The notes beneath the pieces are model-generated. The model worked only from the letters and a program-made list of their open reading frames with translations. It ran no database searches and was not told the DNA's origin. From Octopus sinensis (taxonomy: Eukaryota): DNA of 64,000 nucleotides. The stretch covers positions 35,092,001 through 35,156,000 of the forward strand of contig NC_043010.1 in NCBI RefSeq assembly GCF_006345805.1. The letters are read 5' to 3'. Within the stretch, counting starts at the first letter, position 1. Each line of letters starts with the position of its first letter. The position numbers and the translations under genes were made by a program. Below are positions 24,073 to 36,352 of this stretch, piece by piece.

Positions 24073-25070
24073 AGTTAATTTTTTGGCTCAAACAGCAAAA
24101 AGCAAGGCCATGTAGAGGGACATGGAGTTATGTTCATGTAAAGAGTTGAGGCCACTTGTGGTCAAGGAAGACTTTGAACCGAGCGGTCGTCAACATCTTC
24201 ACTATCTCGTCCGGCAGCTTATTCCACGGATCCGCAACCCGGACGGAGAAAGCCCCTCTCCTTCGATTGAGATGAAATCGTCGCAGATAGAGCTTTTCGG
24301 AGTGACCCCGCAGCTGACGCTCTGGAGCAGGAATGAAGAACAGCTCTTTCGAAAGGTTACACTTTCCGCTTATGATGTTGTGAGTAAGAATCAGATCACC
24401 ACGGCGTCGTCGTTTTTCTAGAGAATAAAGGTCGAGCGTCTTCAGCCTTTCTTCATAAGACAAATGCTTGAGACCAAGAACCATGCGGGTAGCCAGCTTC
24501 CGGACTCTTTCGAGATGTTGTATGTCTTTGAGGAGATAAGGAGAAGAGGCTTGAATCCCGTACTCCAATATGGGTCTCACCAGCGTGGCATAGAGCGGTA
24601 GGAATATGGCGGCTGTGAGCATTCCGAATGACCGTCGAATCAAAAACAGAACTCCGCGTGCTTTGTTGGCAGCATGGACACACTGGGCTGAAGGCGAAAA
24701 GGAAGAATCCACCAGGATACCCAGGTCCTTTACCTGGTCGGTCCTCTCCAGCAGCAGACGACCCGTCTCGAAATCAAGTTGAGTTGCAGGAGAAGAGCCA
24801 ACAGGCAGATGACAGCACTTTTACACGTTCAGACACAGGTCCCATTCGTTAGACCATCCCCAAATTTGGTGGAAGCATCGACGAAGATCCTCTATATCAC
24901 CGCGAGGAGCGACCAGTTTGACATCATCGGCAAATAGAAGGGTGTGCTGCGTGAGGTCGTCGGGCAAGTCATTTATGAATACTAAGAACAATAAGGGCCC
25001 AAGCACTGAACCTTGAGGCACGCCACTGCTCGCACTGGAGACGTCGGACAGCGAACCATTAACTTGGACT
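24073..25070 (-). mobile_element. CR1/L2-clade LINE, 5'-truncated, RT C-terminal half with one in-frame stop
   Basis: PQGSVLGPLLFLVFINDLP...LLFADDVKL (24821..25021) continues in the same frame into 24134..24712 (LPLYATLVRPILEY...RLRGH...FSVRV..PWNKLP), followed by a short 3' UTR. Confidence 0.95.
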
Positions 25071-25203
25071 ATATATATATATATATTGCATGTTCATGTG
25101 GTCGCACCAGTTTTATCCTCTCTACCTCCTACACTTTGGACTTCTACCTGGATTTTCTGCACCTCTCCTACATTCACATGGATTTCACTGGACTCTCCCA
25201 TTG

Positions 25204-25775
25204 ATGGCAATCTTTTTGGTTGTCGTTCAATTCGTGTGGCATCCATTTCTCAAGTATTTTTGTTTTTCCAGTCTCTTTCAAGTGGTTGGAAATTGTTGTA
25301 TACGTTACGTCTAATTCAGAAGCAAGCTCTCGAACGGTTGTGTGTGGATTGGCTTCCACTAAGGCTCTTAGTTGATCGTTGTCAACATTCGATGGCCAAC
25401 CACTACGCTTATCATCTTCAAGACTCTCGTCACTGCTACGAAATTTCTTGAACTACCATTGTGGTGTACATTCATTAGTGGTTCCTGGGCCAAACACATC
25501 GTTGATATCACGAGCTGTTTCAGCAGCTTTTCGGCCTAGCTGGAACTGGAATAAGAAAATTGTGCAAATTTGCTTTTTGTCCATGTTGTATTCAACGTTC
25601 CGGAAAAAATGGTCTAATTATTCAAAAAGAAAAAAGTAACACTATTAGATAGAGCGATAAACAGGCTTTAAAATGATCTATAAAGTCAAAGTAATTTAAC
25701 GAAAATTAATTTGAAAATACATAATTTAAAACCAAAATTATAAATTCCACACGAACTTTCTTGACAACCTAATAT
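25204..25775 (-). mobile_element. Mariner fragment, family 2 (left end), copy 1
   Basis: TIR TATTAGGTTGTCAAGAAAGTTCGTG on the minus strand. The transposase piece EANPHTTVRELASEL...KWMPHELND matches the mariner WVPHEL motif. Confidence 0.9.
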
Positions 25776-26241
25776 ATATATATAAAAGTATATATAATTT
25801 TATATAATTATATATATATGGCAAATGAAAGACAGAAGATGGAATATATGAGAATTTATTATCAATATATATATCACTTTGATCACTTTGACCGACCAGT
25901 CCGTCAGGCGTCCATTTGACACCTTCCCGAGTATTAGACTAACATACCTGTTTGATGTTTATACACCTGTCTTCGTCATTTGTTTTTTGTTGTTTTTTGT
26001 AAATTCCAGCTATAAATGTTTATATCAGGTTGCTCTTGAGCTCTACTGGTAGCAGTACAACCTGTTGGATGGTCAGGTCGTCGGTGGCTAAACTGGCAAC
26101 CCCACCCTGCAGGACGAAAAATAAGATCTGTCAAGGGGTGGAAGAGCTCATGTGTAGCCAATGGCCATCCAACATTATGTGTACATGGGCGTGTGTGTAT
26201 GTGTGTGTATATTTGTATATATTTTTATATATCTTTTTATA

Positions 26242-28030
26242 TCTTACATATTGAAACAGAAAATGTGTGTGTGTGTGTGTATCGGTATGTCCTCGTTTTG
26301 CGCCAAAACAGCTCGACCGATTTTTCTTAAACTTCACATGCACATTGGTTATGTGTCTGGGAAGGTTTTAAGTATAAATGGATTTTGAAAAAATGTTCGG
26401 ATAAATGGCGGGAGGAATAATATTTGAACATTAGGGCACAGGTGAACAGCGGGAGTAACTCTCCTCACCAATGGCCAAATATGTCCAGTCCAGGGTCGTA
26501 AAGATGGCGTTTTTTTCCTTAACGCTCCTGGCGGGACAGGCAAAACGTTCGTAACTAGGCTCATTCTTGCAAAAGTAAGGCTACAAAAGTGCATCACAAT
26601 AGCTGTAGCAACTTCGAGCATAGCTGCTACTCTGCTCCCTGGTAGTAGGACCGCACACTCTACGTTTAAGCTTCCCCTTAATCTCGCAAGTTCACCAATG
26701 CCTGTTTGCAACATTTCAAAGACGTCGGACAATGGGCAATTGCTCGCACAATTCTACCTGATTACTTGGGATGAATGCACAATGGCTCACAAGGGTGCCC
26801 TTGAGGCATTAGAGAGAACCTTGTGAGACATAACGAAAAGCTACGAACGATGGGGGTGTCACTGTCTTGCTATTTGGGGACTTTAGATAAACCTTGCCAG
26901 TGATTCCGAAAGGCACAAGTAACGGTGTGTTTTAAATCTTCACCTCTATGGAGTCATCTTGTTACTTTAAAGTTAGAATCCAACGTGAGAGCGCGCATCC
27001 ATGAGGACCCATTGTCAGAAGATTTTGCGAGGGATATTCTCCTTCTTGGCAATGGTGAAGTTCCAGAAGACGGAAATGAAGATGTTGACATAAGTAACAT
27101 TTGCACAATTGCCAGTACTATCCAGAGTCTTCAGGAACAGGTCTTCCCAGGCCTAGAAGTCCACAATGGCGATCTAGATTGGCTTTGCCAAAGAGCCATT
27201 TTGACTCCAAAAAACGTTGAGACCAGTGCAATCAACAACAGCCTCTTACTGCGTTTGATTGAGGACGTGACAGTCAGTAGACACCATTTCCAATCAGAAT
27301 GAGGTAGTTGATTATCCCACTGAATTTCTGAATTCCTTGGAGCCTTCAGGTGTACCCCCACATATTCTTACCCTTAAAGTAGGTAGCCCTGTTATGCTGA
27401 TAAGGAATGGAATTCAAATTCACCGACGTTGTGCAACGGTACATGCCTTATTATCACAAAATTACTTCCCAATGTCATTGAAGCAACGATTATGACGTTT
27501 CTGGTAAAGGTCAAGACGTCTTCATACCGCGAATTCCCCTTGTGTCTTCAGCTGCTCACTTACCATTTACATTCTGCAGAGTGCAGTTTCCGATTAGACT
27601 CAGTTACGCTATGCTCATTAATAAGTTCCAGGGGCAGTCGCTGTCTGTCGTTGGACTTTAGTTAGCCGAACCATGCTTTTCACATGGTCAACTGTACGTT
27701 GGCTGCTCAAGAGAGGGTTGTAGGAACAGTTTACATGCCTTCATCCCCCAGGGGAAAACTAAAATTGTTGTTTATAAAGAAGTTTTGTAGACTTGCTGTA
27801 CTGGCGCCATATTTCAGTCCTACATTATTGCTGTTATAATTTTTGTTGCTTTATTTTTTCACTTGATTGTTGTCGTAATATTACACGTGCGGTTCCCTTT
27901 AAGACTTACTTAGGTGTTAGTCTTGCCATAAAGTGTGAAAGGTGTTTAAGGGAGGGGATGTTAATCGCTTCATTAGTTTCTGAGCCTTTTCGAACTAAGA
28001 AACCCGGGCAACGGCGGGTACGCCTGCTAG
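26242..28030 (+). mobile_element. Internally deleted Helitron (Pif1-like helicase remnant, no Rep domain)
   Basis: 5' TC start with (TG)n. Helicase motifs FFLNAPGGTGKTF, IAVATSSIAATLLPGSRTAHSTFKLPL, WDECTMAHK, WLCQRAILTPKN and GQLYVGCSR in shifted frames. 3' hairpin CCCG-GGCAACGG-CGGG then CTAG followed by T. Confidence 0.95.
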
Positions 28031-28204
28031 TTCTTTTTATCTTTTTCGTTTTTATATATCTTTTTATTTTATTTATATTTTAATTTATCTATGTATTTAT
28101 TTATTTTTATTAAAAAAATTTTTTAATTGTAAAAATTTAAAATTTTACATATATATATATATATATATTAATGTGTACATTAATATTTTAATGTTCATTT
28201 TTTA

Positions 28205-28890
28205 GGAGAACACTGCTCAGCTGGACATATTGGGAAGGTGCTAGAAAAGGTTTTCATTGCAAGTCACAATCCGGTTGAGAAACGGGTCTTTCTTGTTGCG
28301 TAAAAGAAGGAAAGACGACACTTCAAAATGGCAATCTTTTTGGTTGTCGTTCAATTCGTGTGGCATCCATTTCTCAAGTATTTTTGTTTTTCCAGTCTCT
28401 TTCAAGTGGTTGGAAATTGTTGTATACGTTACGTCTAATTCAGAAGCAAGCTCTCGAACGGTTGTGTGTGGATTGGCTTCCACTAAGGCTCTTAGTTGAT
28501 CGTTGTCAACATCTGATGGCCGACCACTACGCTTATCATCTTCAAGACTCTCGTCACTGCTACGAAATTTCTTGAACTACCATTGTGGTGTACATTCATT
28601 AGTGGTTCCTGGGCCAAACACATCGTTGATATCACGAGCTGTTTCAGCAGCTTTTCGGCCTAGCTTGAACTGGAATAAGAAAATTGTGCAAATTTGCTTT
28701 TTGTCTATGTTGTATTCAACGTTCCGGAAAAAATGGTCTAATTATTCAAAAATAAAAAAAGTAACACTATTAGATAGAGCGATAAACAGGCTTTAAAATG
28801 ATCTATAAAGTCAAAGTAATTTAACGAGAATTAATTTGAAAATACATCATTTAAAACCAAAATCCACACGAACTTTCTTGACAACCTAAT
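28205..28890 (-). mobile_element. Mariner fragment, family 2, copy 2
   Basis: Same TIR and transposase as 25204-25775, extending to KDPFLNRIVTCNE (ORF 28241..28483). Confidence 0.9.
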
Positions 28891-29011
28891 ATATATATAT
28901 ATAAAAGTATATATAATTTTATATAATTATATATATATATGGCAAATGAAAGACAGAAGATGGTATATATGAGAATTTATTATCAATATATATATATATA
29001 ATTTTATATAA

Positions 29012-29148
<137 letters not shown>

Positions 29149-29479
29149 TTTCCAGGATATGCGAGAACCAATTATTTAGATAGTGAAAGCACCAATGTAG
29201 AGTTGGTTGTCATGTAATGCAACAAAATCTTTTATCAGGTCTGGTCCCTGTCTCTATCATATGGTTAATTTGTGCAGAGAAGTATAAGAGAGTTGTACAA
29301 TTCTGCTATCGTTTTAAGTAGCAAAATTCATTATCTTATTTAGACCAGAACAAAGAACGGTAACCAGTTAAGGTATGAAACGTTCTGGCTGCTCATCTGT
29401 TTTGGCATCACTTATCTGGCATTGCTTATTCTACGCTGAATTATTTGACATCAAATATCTTAATGTTTCTTTTTTGTCT

Positions 29480-29556
<77 letters not shown>

Positions 29557-32347
29557 ACCCCGTCACTTTCTTTCTGTTTATGTGTGTGTGCATATTTCTC
29601 TTTATGTATATGAAGAGAGGGTAAGTGTTTATGTCAGACTCAATTAATAAATTCTCACTCTCTCTTACTCTCTATCTGCATGTACATATTTCTGTGCATA
29701 CAAGCACATATATGTGTTTGTCTCCAGGGCCAAAAATTATTGTTTCCAAAACAGGTTCTTTGTCTAGCCAGCCACACCAAATCACTAGCATTTAAACAGC
29801 TACATCCAATTTTCTCACTCCAGAGTCACATGAACTAGTCAGCATAGACCTATGGTATTGAGAAAGTGCATGTTAGATGTAAAGAGTGCAGGACCCCTTG
29901 ATAAATCATTTTTTTCAATTTCCTTTTTTCACTTCTGTTACTTATAACTTCATCATTTACACTGCATGTACATATTTGTAACCCATTAACAAATAATATT
30001 CACAAATAATATGTATTTAGCACTGGTTAGTAAAATACTCAATGAGCACTTTGAAGCCTCCATTTATATCAGGATTGGGTCCGTTACTAATTGAAATAAA
30101 GCCTATATATCACAACTGACAAGGCCCTTTTACCAGCTACAAAGGTACCAACATTTCATGTTTGGCATTGGCTTATTATGGCTTTGAATAAGCTGATCTT
30201 ATATGATTTCTGTGTTTTTATGAGAAATTTGTATAGATAAATTCCACAGGATCAGACAACTCTGCTATTATGCAATGTAACAAAATCTCTTATCATGTCT
30301 TGTCTTCGTACCTCTATAATATCATCAGATCCTATATAAAAGTACCTAGCAGTGTTACAATCCTGCTATCATGTGACGTAGCAAAATCTAAGATTCACAT
30401 ATCTCAATTTTTGTTATTTACCGCTAATAGTATCTTAGATAAACAAACTTTTTGTTTTGTTTTTGAAGCGTCATATGTGTATTGTATCATACAGACAGGA
30501 AAGTAATATTTTGATCACAGTATATACTGCGTTCAAAATATTACTCTCTTATCTGTATCTTATCTATTTTCCAAACCTATTATGTGATTGTTTTGTGTTT
30601 TTTTCCTTCTAAGAAATCAGAAAAATTAGTATTTTACAATAGTTATTTTTTACCTAATAACAGTACCCAACCATTTTTATTTATTTAGTTAGTTTTGCCA
30701 TTTTGAATGCAAACTCCCTACTAACCTACCAAGGTTTTTTTTTCTCCCTCTATCTTGTAATGTATTTTTATATTCTTTTGGTGTCTTATTATCAATAATA
30801 TTAATATGCCAACTTGTTCTTTTTTGTATGTACCTGTGGTGTGTGTCACATTTACTTCAAAGGAGAAGTGAGTGGCAAAGCGAGAGAGAAGGACAAAGAG
30901 GAAGTAAGAGAGAAAGAGTGAGAGAGAAAGAAAAAGAGTGAGAGAGAAAGAGAGAGTAAAATTGACAGTGAGTGGTGATGGCATTAATTTTGTGTTTCAA
31001 AATGTTTCAGAGAGGAAGTAAGACAGAAAGAGAGAGAGAGTGAAAGAGACAGTTTTTAAATGTTTATCACACCACAAGGAAAGTAGATACATAGATACAT
31101 ACACACATTGTTAAATTAAAAGCAGGTGAGAGAAGGAACACAGAGGAAGTTAAAGAGAAAGAGAGAAAGTGAGAGAGACAGTAGATACATAGATCCAAAG
31201 AAAAGCTGATACATAGATACATAGACACAGTAAATATTAGATGTCACTTACACTTTTCATTACCACAAAAGAATAAAACAGACACACATATCATTAACGT
31301 AGTTCTCAGGGAGATTCAGCCTCACACAGAATATGACAAGGTTGGCCCCTTTGAATTACAGCTACAACTCATTTTGGTCAGCTGAGTGAACTGGAGCAAG
31401 ATAAACCTTCAAGTGGTTGGAAGAAAATGAAAAAAGACCCTATATAGGGGCAGGAAAATCTTTTTAGTCATTAGGGTCACTATGGGTGTTAATCCAGTCC
31501 TAACAGTGGCGTTTGTGAGTCTCACAGATCTGGAGGCCAAGCCCCACCTCAGATAAACACCAATGTGCAGGCTGTTGTTATCAAACTGAGTATTACATGA
31601 CAGAATAGCAATTATTTTGTCTTAGCTTTCACTGCTTATACTAAACACAACATTTTTGCCTTACGATATGGAACATTTCCTTTTCTTTCACTCTTTTTAA
31701 AAAATGGCAATCCGTCGGTTACAACGATGAGGTTCCTGTTTATCTGATGAACAGTTTGCTCGTAAATTTAACACGCAAGTGACTGAGTACTCCACAGACA
31801 TGCATACCATAACGTAGTTCTCAGAGAGATTCAGCCTCACACAAAATGTTACAAGGCTGGCCCCTTTGAATTACAGCTACAACTCATTTTTGCCAGCTGA
31901 GTGGACTGCAGCAAGGTGAAGTAGAGTACCTTGCTCAAAAACAGAGTGCATTGCAGGGAATCATACTCATGACTTTACGATCGTGGGCTAAATATTCCTA
32001 ACCACTTTGCCACGCACATTCACTCTCTTAACCGTAGAGAAAAGGAGTGAAGCAACAGAGACAGAGAAAGGAAAGCCACAGTCATTTAAAATGACAATTA
32101 GACTGAAATACAATCAATCTTTCTAGCTTCTTTACTTTTGACAATGAAGAAGAGGGAAAGACATTTAGTAATGAATAGAGGGAAAGTCTTTCAGGTGTTT
32201 ACCTTTTTATTCCAGGAGTTCTAGAATGATCAAGTGTTAGTTCTCTCTTCTTTTTCCCACCCCCGGTACTTATTTGCCTTCTTTCAGAGTTCTTCATGTC
32301 TTTTAGTTGGTGGGGAAAGACAATGTTTTTTTCTCAGGTACATTTTC

Positions 32348-32485
32348 TTTACTTTTTGAATGTCATTCATGTACTGCTTTTCAATAGTAGCCAGAGCTTA
32401 TAGACAAGCGTTAATCTGCCAGAATATGGGTTCATCACACTGCTGTAGATGCTCATCACCAATTTCATTAACAGCTTCTAATACC

Positions 32486-32516
<31 letters not shown>

Positions 32517-33497
32517 TGTATGTATGTATGTATGTATGTATGTATGTATGTATGTATGTGTGTATGTGTGTATGTATGTATGTATGTATGTATGTAGTAT
32601 GTATGTGTGTGTGTATGTATGTATGTATGTATGTATGTATGTAGGTATGTATGTATGTATGTATGTATGTATGTATGTATGTATGTAGGTATGTATGTAT
32701 GTATGTATGTATGTATGTATGTATGTATGTATGTACGTACATACGTACGTACGTACGTAATGTATGTATGTATGTATAAATAATGGTTTGATATTTTGAC
32801 ACAGAACGAACAATTTTAATGGTGAAACATTACTTCATTGATGGTGAAATATTACCTCATTAAACAGTAACATTTTTTGTCAGCTTTGTCATACAAAAAA
32901 GAAACAAGTCATTGAGTGAGTGATCATTTTATTGCAAATGGTGAAGATGCGAGTATGAGTGAGTATCCAATAATTTATACAAACATTAAGCAGTGAGCTG
33001 GCAAAATTGTTAGAGCATCAGATAAAATGTTGTGTGGCATTTCATCTGGCTCTTTAGATTCTGAGTTCAAACTTGCCTTTCATCCTGATTCAACTCTGCC
33101 TTTCATCCTTTCAGGGTCCATAGAGTACCTGTCAGGTACCGGGATCAATGTAATCAACGATCTTATTCCCATTAAAATTGTTCTTCTGTGTCAAAATTTC
33201 AAACCATTATTTATACATACATACATACATACATACATACATACATAGATACATACATACATACAAATACATACATAATACATACATACATACGTACGTA
33301 CGTACGTACGTACGTACATACATACATAACATACATACATACATACATACATACATACATACATAATACATACATACATACTACATACATACATACATAC
33401 CATACATACATACATACATACCTACATACATACATACATACATACATACATAATACATACATAATACATACATACATACATACATACATACATACCA

Positions 33498-33529
<32 letters not shown>

Positions 33530-33814
33530 CATACATACATACATACATACATACATACATACATACATACATACATACATTACATACATACATACATACA
33601 TAATACATACATACATACATACATACATACTACATACATACATACATACATACATACATACTACATACATACATATGGTATTAGAAGGTGTTAATGAAAT
33701 TGGTGATGAGATTCTACAGCAGTGTGATGAACCCACATTCTGGCAGATTAATGCTTGTCTATAAGCTCTGACTACTACTGAAAAGCAGTACATGAATGAC
33801 ATTCAAAAAGTAAA
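32348..33814. repeat. Large inverted duplication (unique ~140 bp plus (GTAT)n plus SINE 3' end) around a ~345-bp spacer
   Basis: 32348-32823 is the reverse complement of 33169-33814, with about 90% identity by eye in the unique part. The microsatellite lengths differ between the arms. Confidence 0.93.
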
Positions 33815-33879
33815 CAAAACCAAAACAACAAAGAAAATGCCATCATGGTATTGCTGACCATTGTGCACTCTAGGACTAA

Positions 33880-34330
33880 CTTGTATTTTGTTTTTGCAGC
33901 TCCATTGGTGGTTAATAAGCTCTACTCTTGACAAGCATACACGACTGCAAACATTGCAAACCAAGCTTTCCCCATTCACTACGCTAGGAGTGCACTTTCG
34001 AGCAGCACACTTAAATTCTTCATTCAGAATATATGCTCTTTCAAAGGTATCAACCCCCTCCTTATCCAGCTTCCTTCACGTGTGGTGATTACAGGCATTG
34101 CTCTCCTACTCAGTCTCCAGCATATCACAGGCCTTTAATGAGGACTTGACACAGTCCTTAAATCGCAGCCTTGGTATCTGCTGGGGTCTCTTTCCTCTAA
34201 CAAGTTCCCCATAGAGCATTTGTTTAGGGATCCTGCTATCCTTCATTCTAATAAAGTGTTCAGTCCAATGTAACCAGTGCTTCTGCACCATCGCCCCAAT
34301 AATTAAGATATCAGCTTTCCTCAGGAAATA
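33880..34330 (-). mobile_element. RTE/BovB-like LINE C-terminal remnant
   Basis: LHWTEHFIRMKDSRIPKQMLYGELVRGKRP...RLRFKDCVKSSLK followed by CNVCSRVCLSRVELINH (terminal CCHC-like motif). Confidence 0.85.
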
Positions 34331-35419
34331 CATACATACATATAAAAATACCCTGTTGTTGATGTTAATATTCCAATGGAGGAGCCTTGGATCTAGGTTA
34401 GAAACCGGCTCTTTCTCTAATGGCAAGAAATCCTGAAATAAAACTGAACAATGACATACATACAAATCTACATTCATACAGACAACTATTTATATATGTA
34501 TACATACAAACACACATATATAAATATATCCATCCATACACCCATCCATTCATCCATTTATCAATACATACATACAAACCTACATTCATACATCCAACCA
34601 TTCGTTAATACATATATATATATATATATATACAAACACATATATATAAATACATTCATCCATACACCCATCCATCCACTTATCAATACATACATACTTA
34701 CAAACCTATATTCAATCATACACACATATATGCATACAAACCTACATTCATAAATATGTACCTTATTGCTGTCATCCAAATTCCAATGATGGAGCTTTGT
34801 TTCTTTGTAGAAACTGTATTCCTCCTCCTAGGAACATATATATTTACTGTTATGAACAGTCCTCTTTAACATTTTCATGTACATTCAGACATGGAGAGAC
34901 AATATGCAGCACAAGTTGTTTCAAGAGAAGAAATTCTCCTCATGGACTATATGAAAACAAATACATTACTGGGCTATGAATAATGTCACTAAACAGCAGG
35001 ACACCTGCGTTTCTGTGTCATTATACCTCATCAGTTATGTATACTGAACTGTCACTCATGGCCACTAAGATCTGGTCATGCTTATATTAGAATAGTGAAT
35101 GTTACATTTACTGATATGCATAAAACTTTGTCAAGCTTGAATAAAGTAATTGGATGTTCACTAAGCAACAATGAATGAAATATAATTATGTACAGTTTTT
35201 ATCTAACATATTCATGTATATTCAGACATGGAAAGACAATATACAGCACAAGTTGTCTCAAGAGAAGTATTTGCAAGTCTAATATAAGAGCAACTAGCTC
35301 TTAGTGGCAAGAGTATGTTGTAAAATCAGTCCTTTTGTTCATCTGCCAGATCTGATTAAGGAGCACATGCAGAAATAAATGTTGCTGTTGTATTTTCCAA
35401 AACTAGTCTAAGCTTAATT

Positions 35420-35800
35420 TTCCTGTCATGCTCTACCTATCTCAGGGGCCTTCTCTATCCATCTACCAAAAGTGTACCTGCACCTCCCATACCATCATTG
35501 TTTCCCTTCCATATGAATTTATATCTCTGCTCCTTTCCCACGAGAAGTCTAGCTTAGGTTCCCCTCTTTCTTACCTCTTGCACACAACACACATCTATAT
35601 GCCTCCATTCTAGCATTTTAACAATCTCACCAAACCAACATTCCATTGTGCCAGCATTGGTTGTCACTGTTCTAAACTTGAAGATTGGTTTGGAAGAATG
35701 AGTGGATAGCATCTGAAAAGAAGGTTTGTGCAAATATTTGCTTAAAGGTAGAGGAGCTCTTGCACAGGTCCATTTAATTAAATGAGTTAAATGTAAAAGC
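35420..35800 (-). mobile_element. RTE LINE endonuclease N-terminal remnant
   Basis: FRTVTTNAGTM...GEIVKMLEWRHIDVCCVQEVR (ORF 35554..35802). Confidence 0.75.
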
Positions 35801-35844
35801 ATTAATACCCAAGTCCTGAAAAAAAATTCAGTACTAATGGAACA

Positions 35845-35847
35845 AAA

Positions 35848-35943
<96 letters not shown>
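35845..35943. repeat. (TAG)n microsatellite
   Basis: Directly visible. Confidence 0.99.
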
Positions 35944-35944
<1 letters not shown>

Positions 35945-35981
35945 TCTCTCTACTAAAGCCACAAATACTGTTCTATAAATA

Positions 35982-36352
35982 ACTTGCAGTATCACCCGGC
36001 GTTGCTTTAGAATTGGAATTTTTGAAAAGTAAAAATTTTGCATTATGTAGCTTGTTATTCTCTTTAAGTGAACATTTTTCTGGTTGAAATACACGAAAAA
36101 TGGCGACAGTAAAAAAATCGTAAAAAAATAGGGATTTTCATAGAAAAAAAGCACCTTTTTGATGTAAATAATTTTTGGTGTTAACATGGTCTGATTTGAA
36201 TTCTTTCTTCTATGGAAGGAAGAGCAAGCCTTCTTCTATCATACTCTCAATTTTGGTCAACTTGCACTGCAGGGTCTCGGAGGAGATAGTGTTAGTTGAA
36301 GGCTACCAAACCTGCCATACACAGACAACTTCAGCTTTATATATATAGATAA
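35982..36352 (-). mobile_element. Non-autonomous Helitron-like element, family 2
   Basis: The minus strand starts TCTATATATATAAAGCTGAAGTTGTCTGTG and ends GCAACGCCGGGTGATACTGCAAG, resembling the 3' hairpin/CTAG end at 28003-28030. Confidence 0.7.

Noticed and set aside
29344-29372. 29-nt plus-strand micro-exon candidate with good splice signals
   Set aside because: It is isolated and too short to support, and it conflicts with the inferred minus-strand gene.
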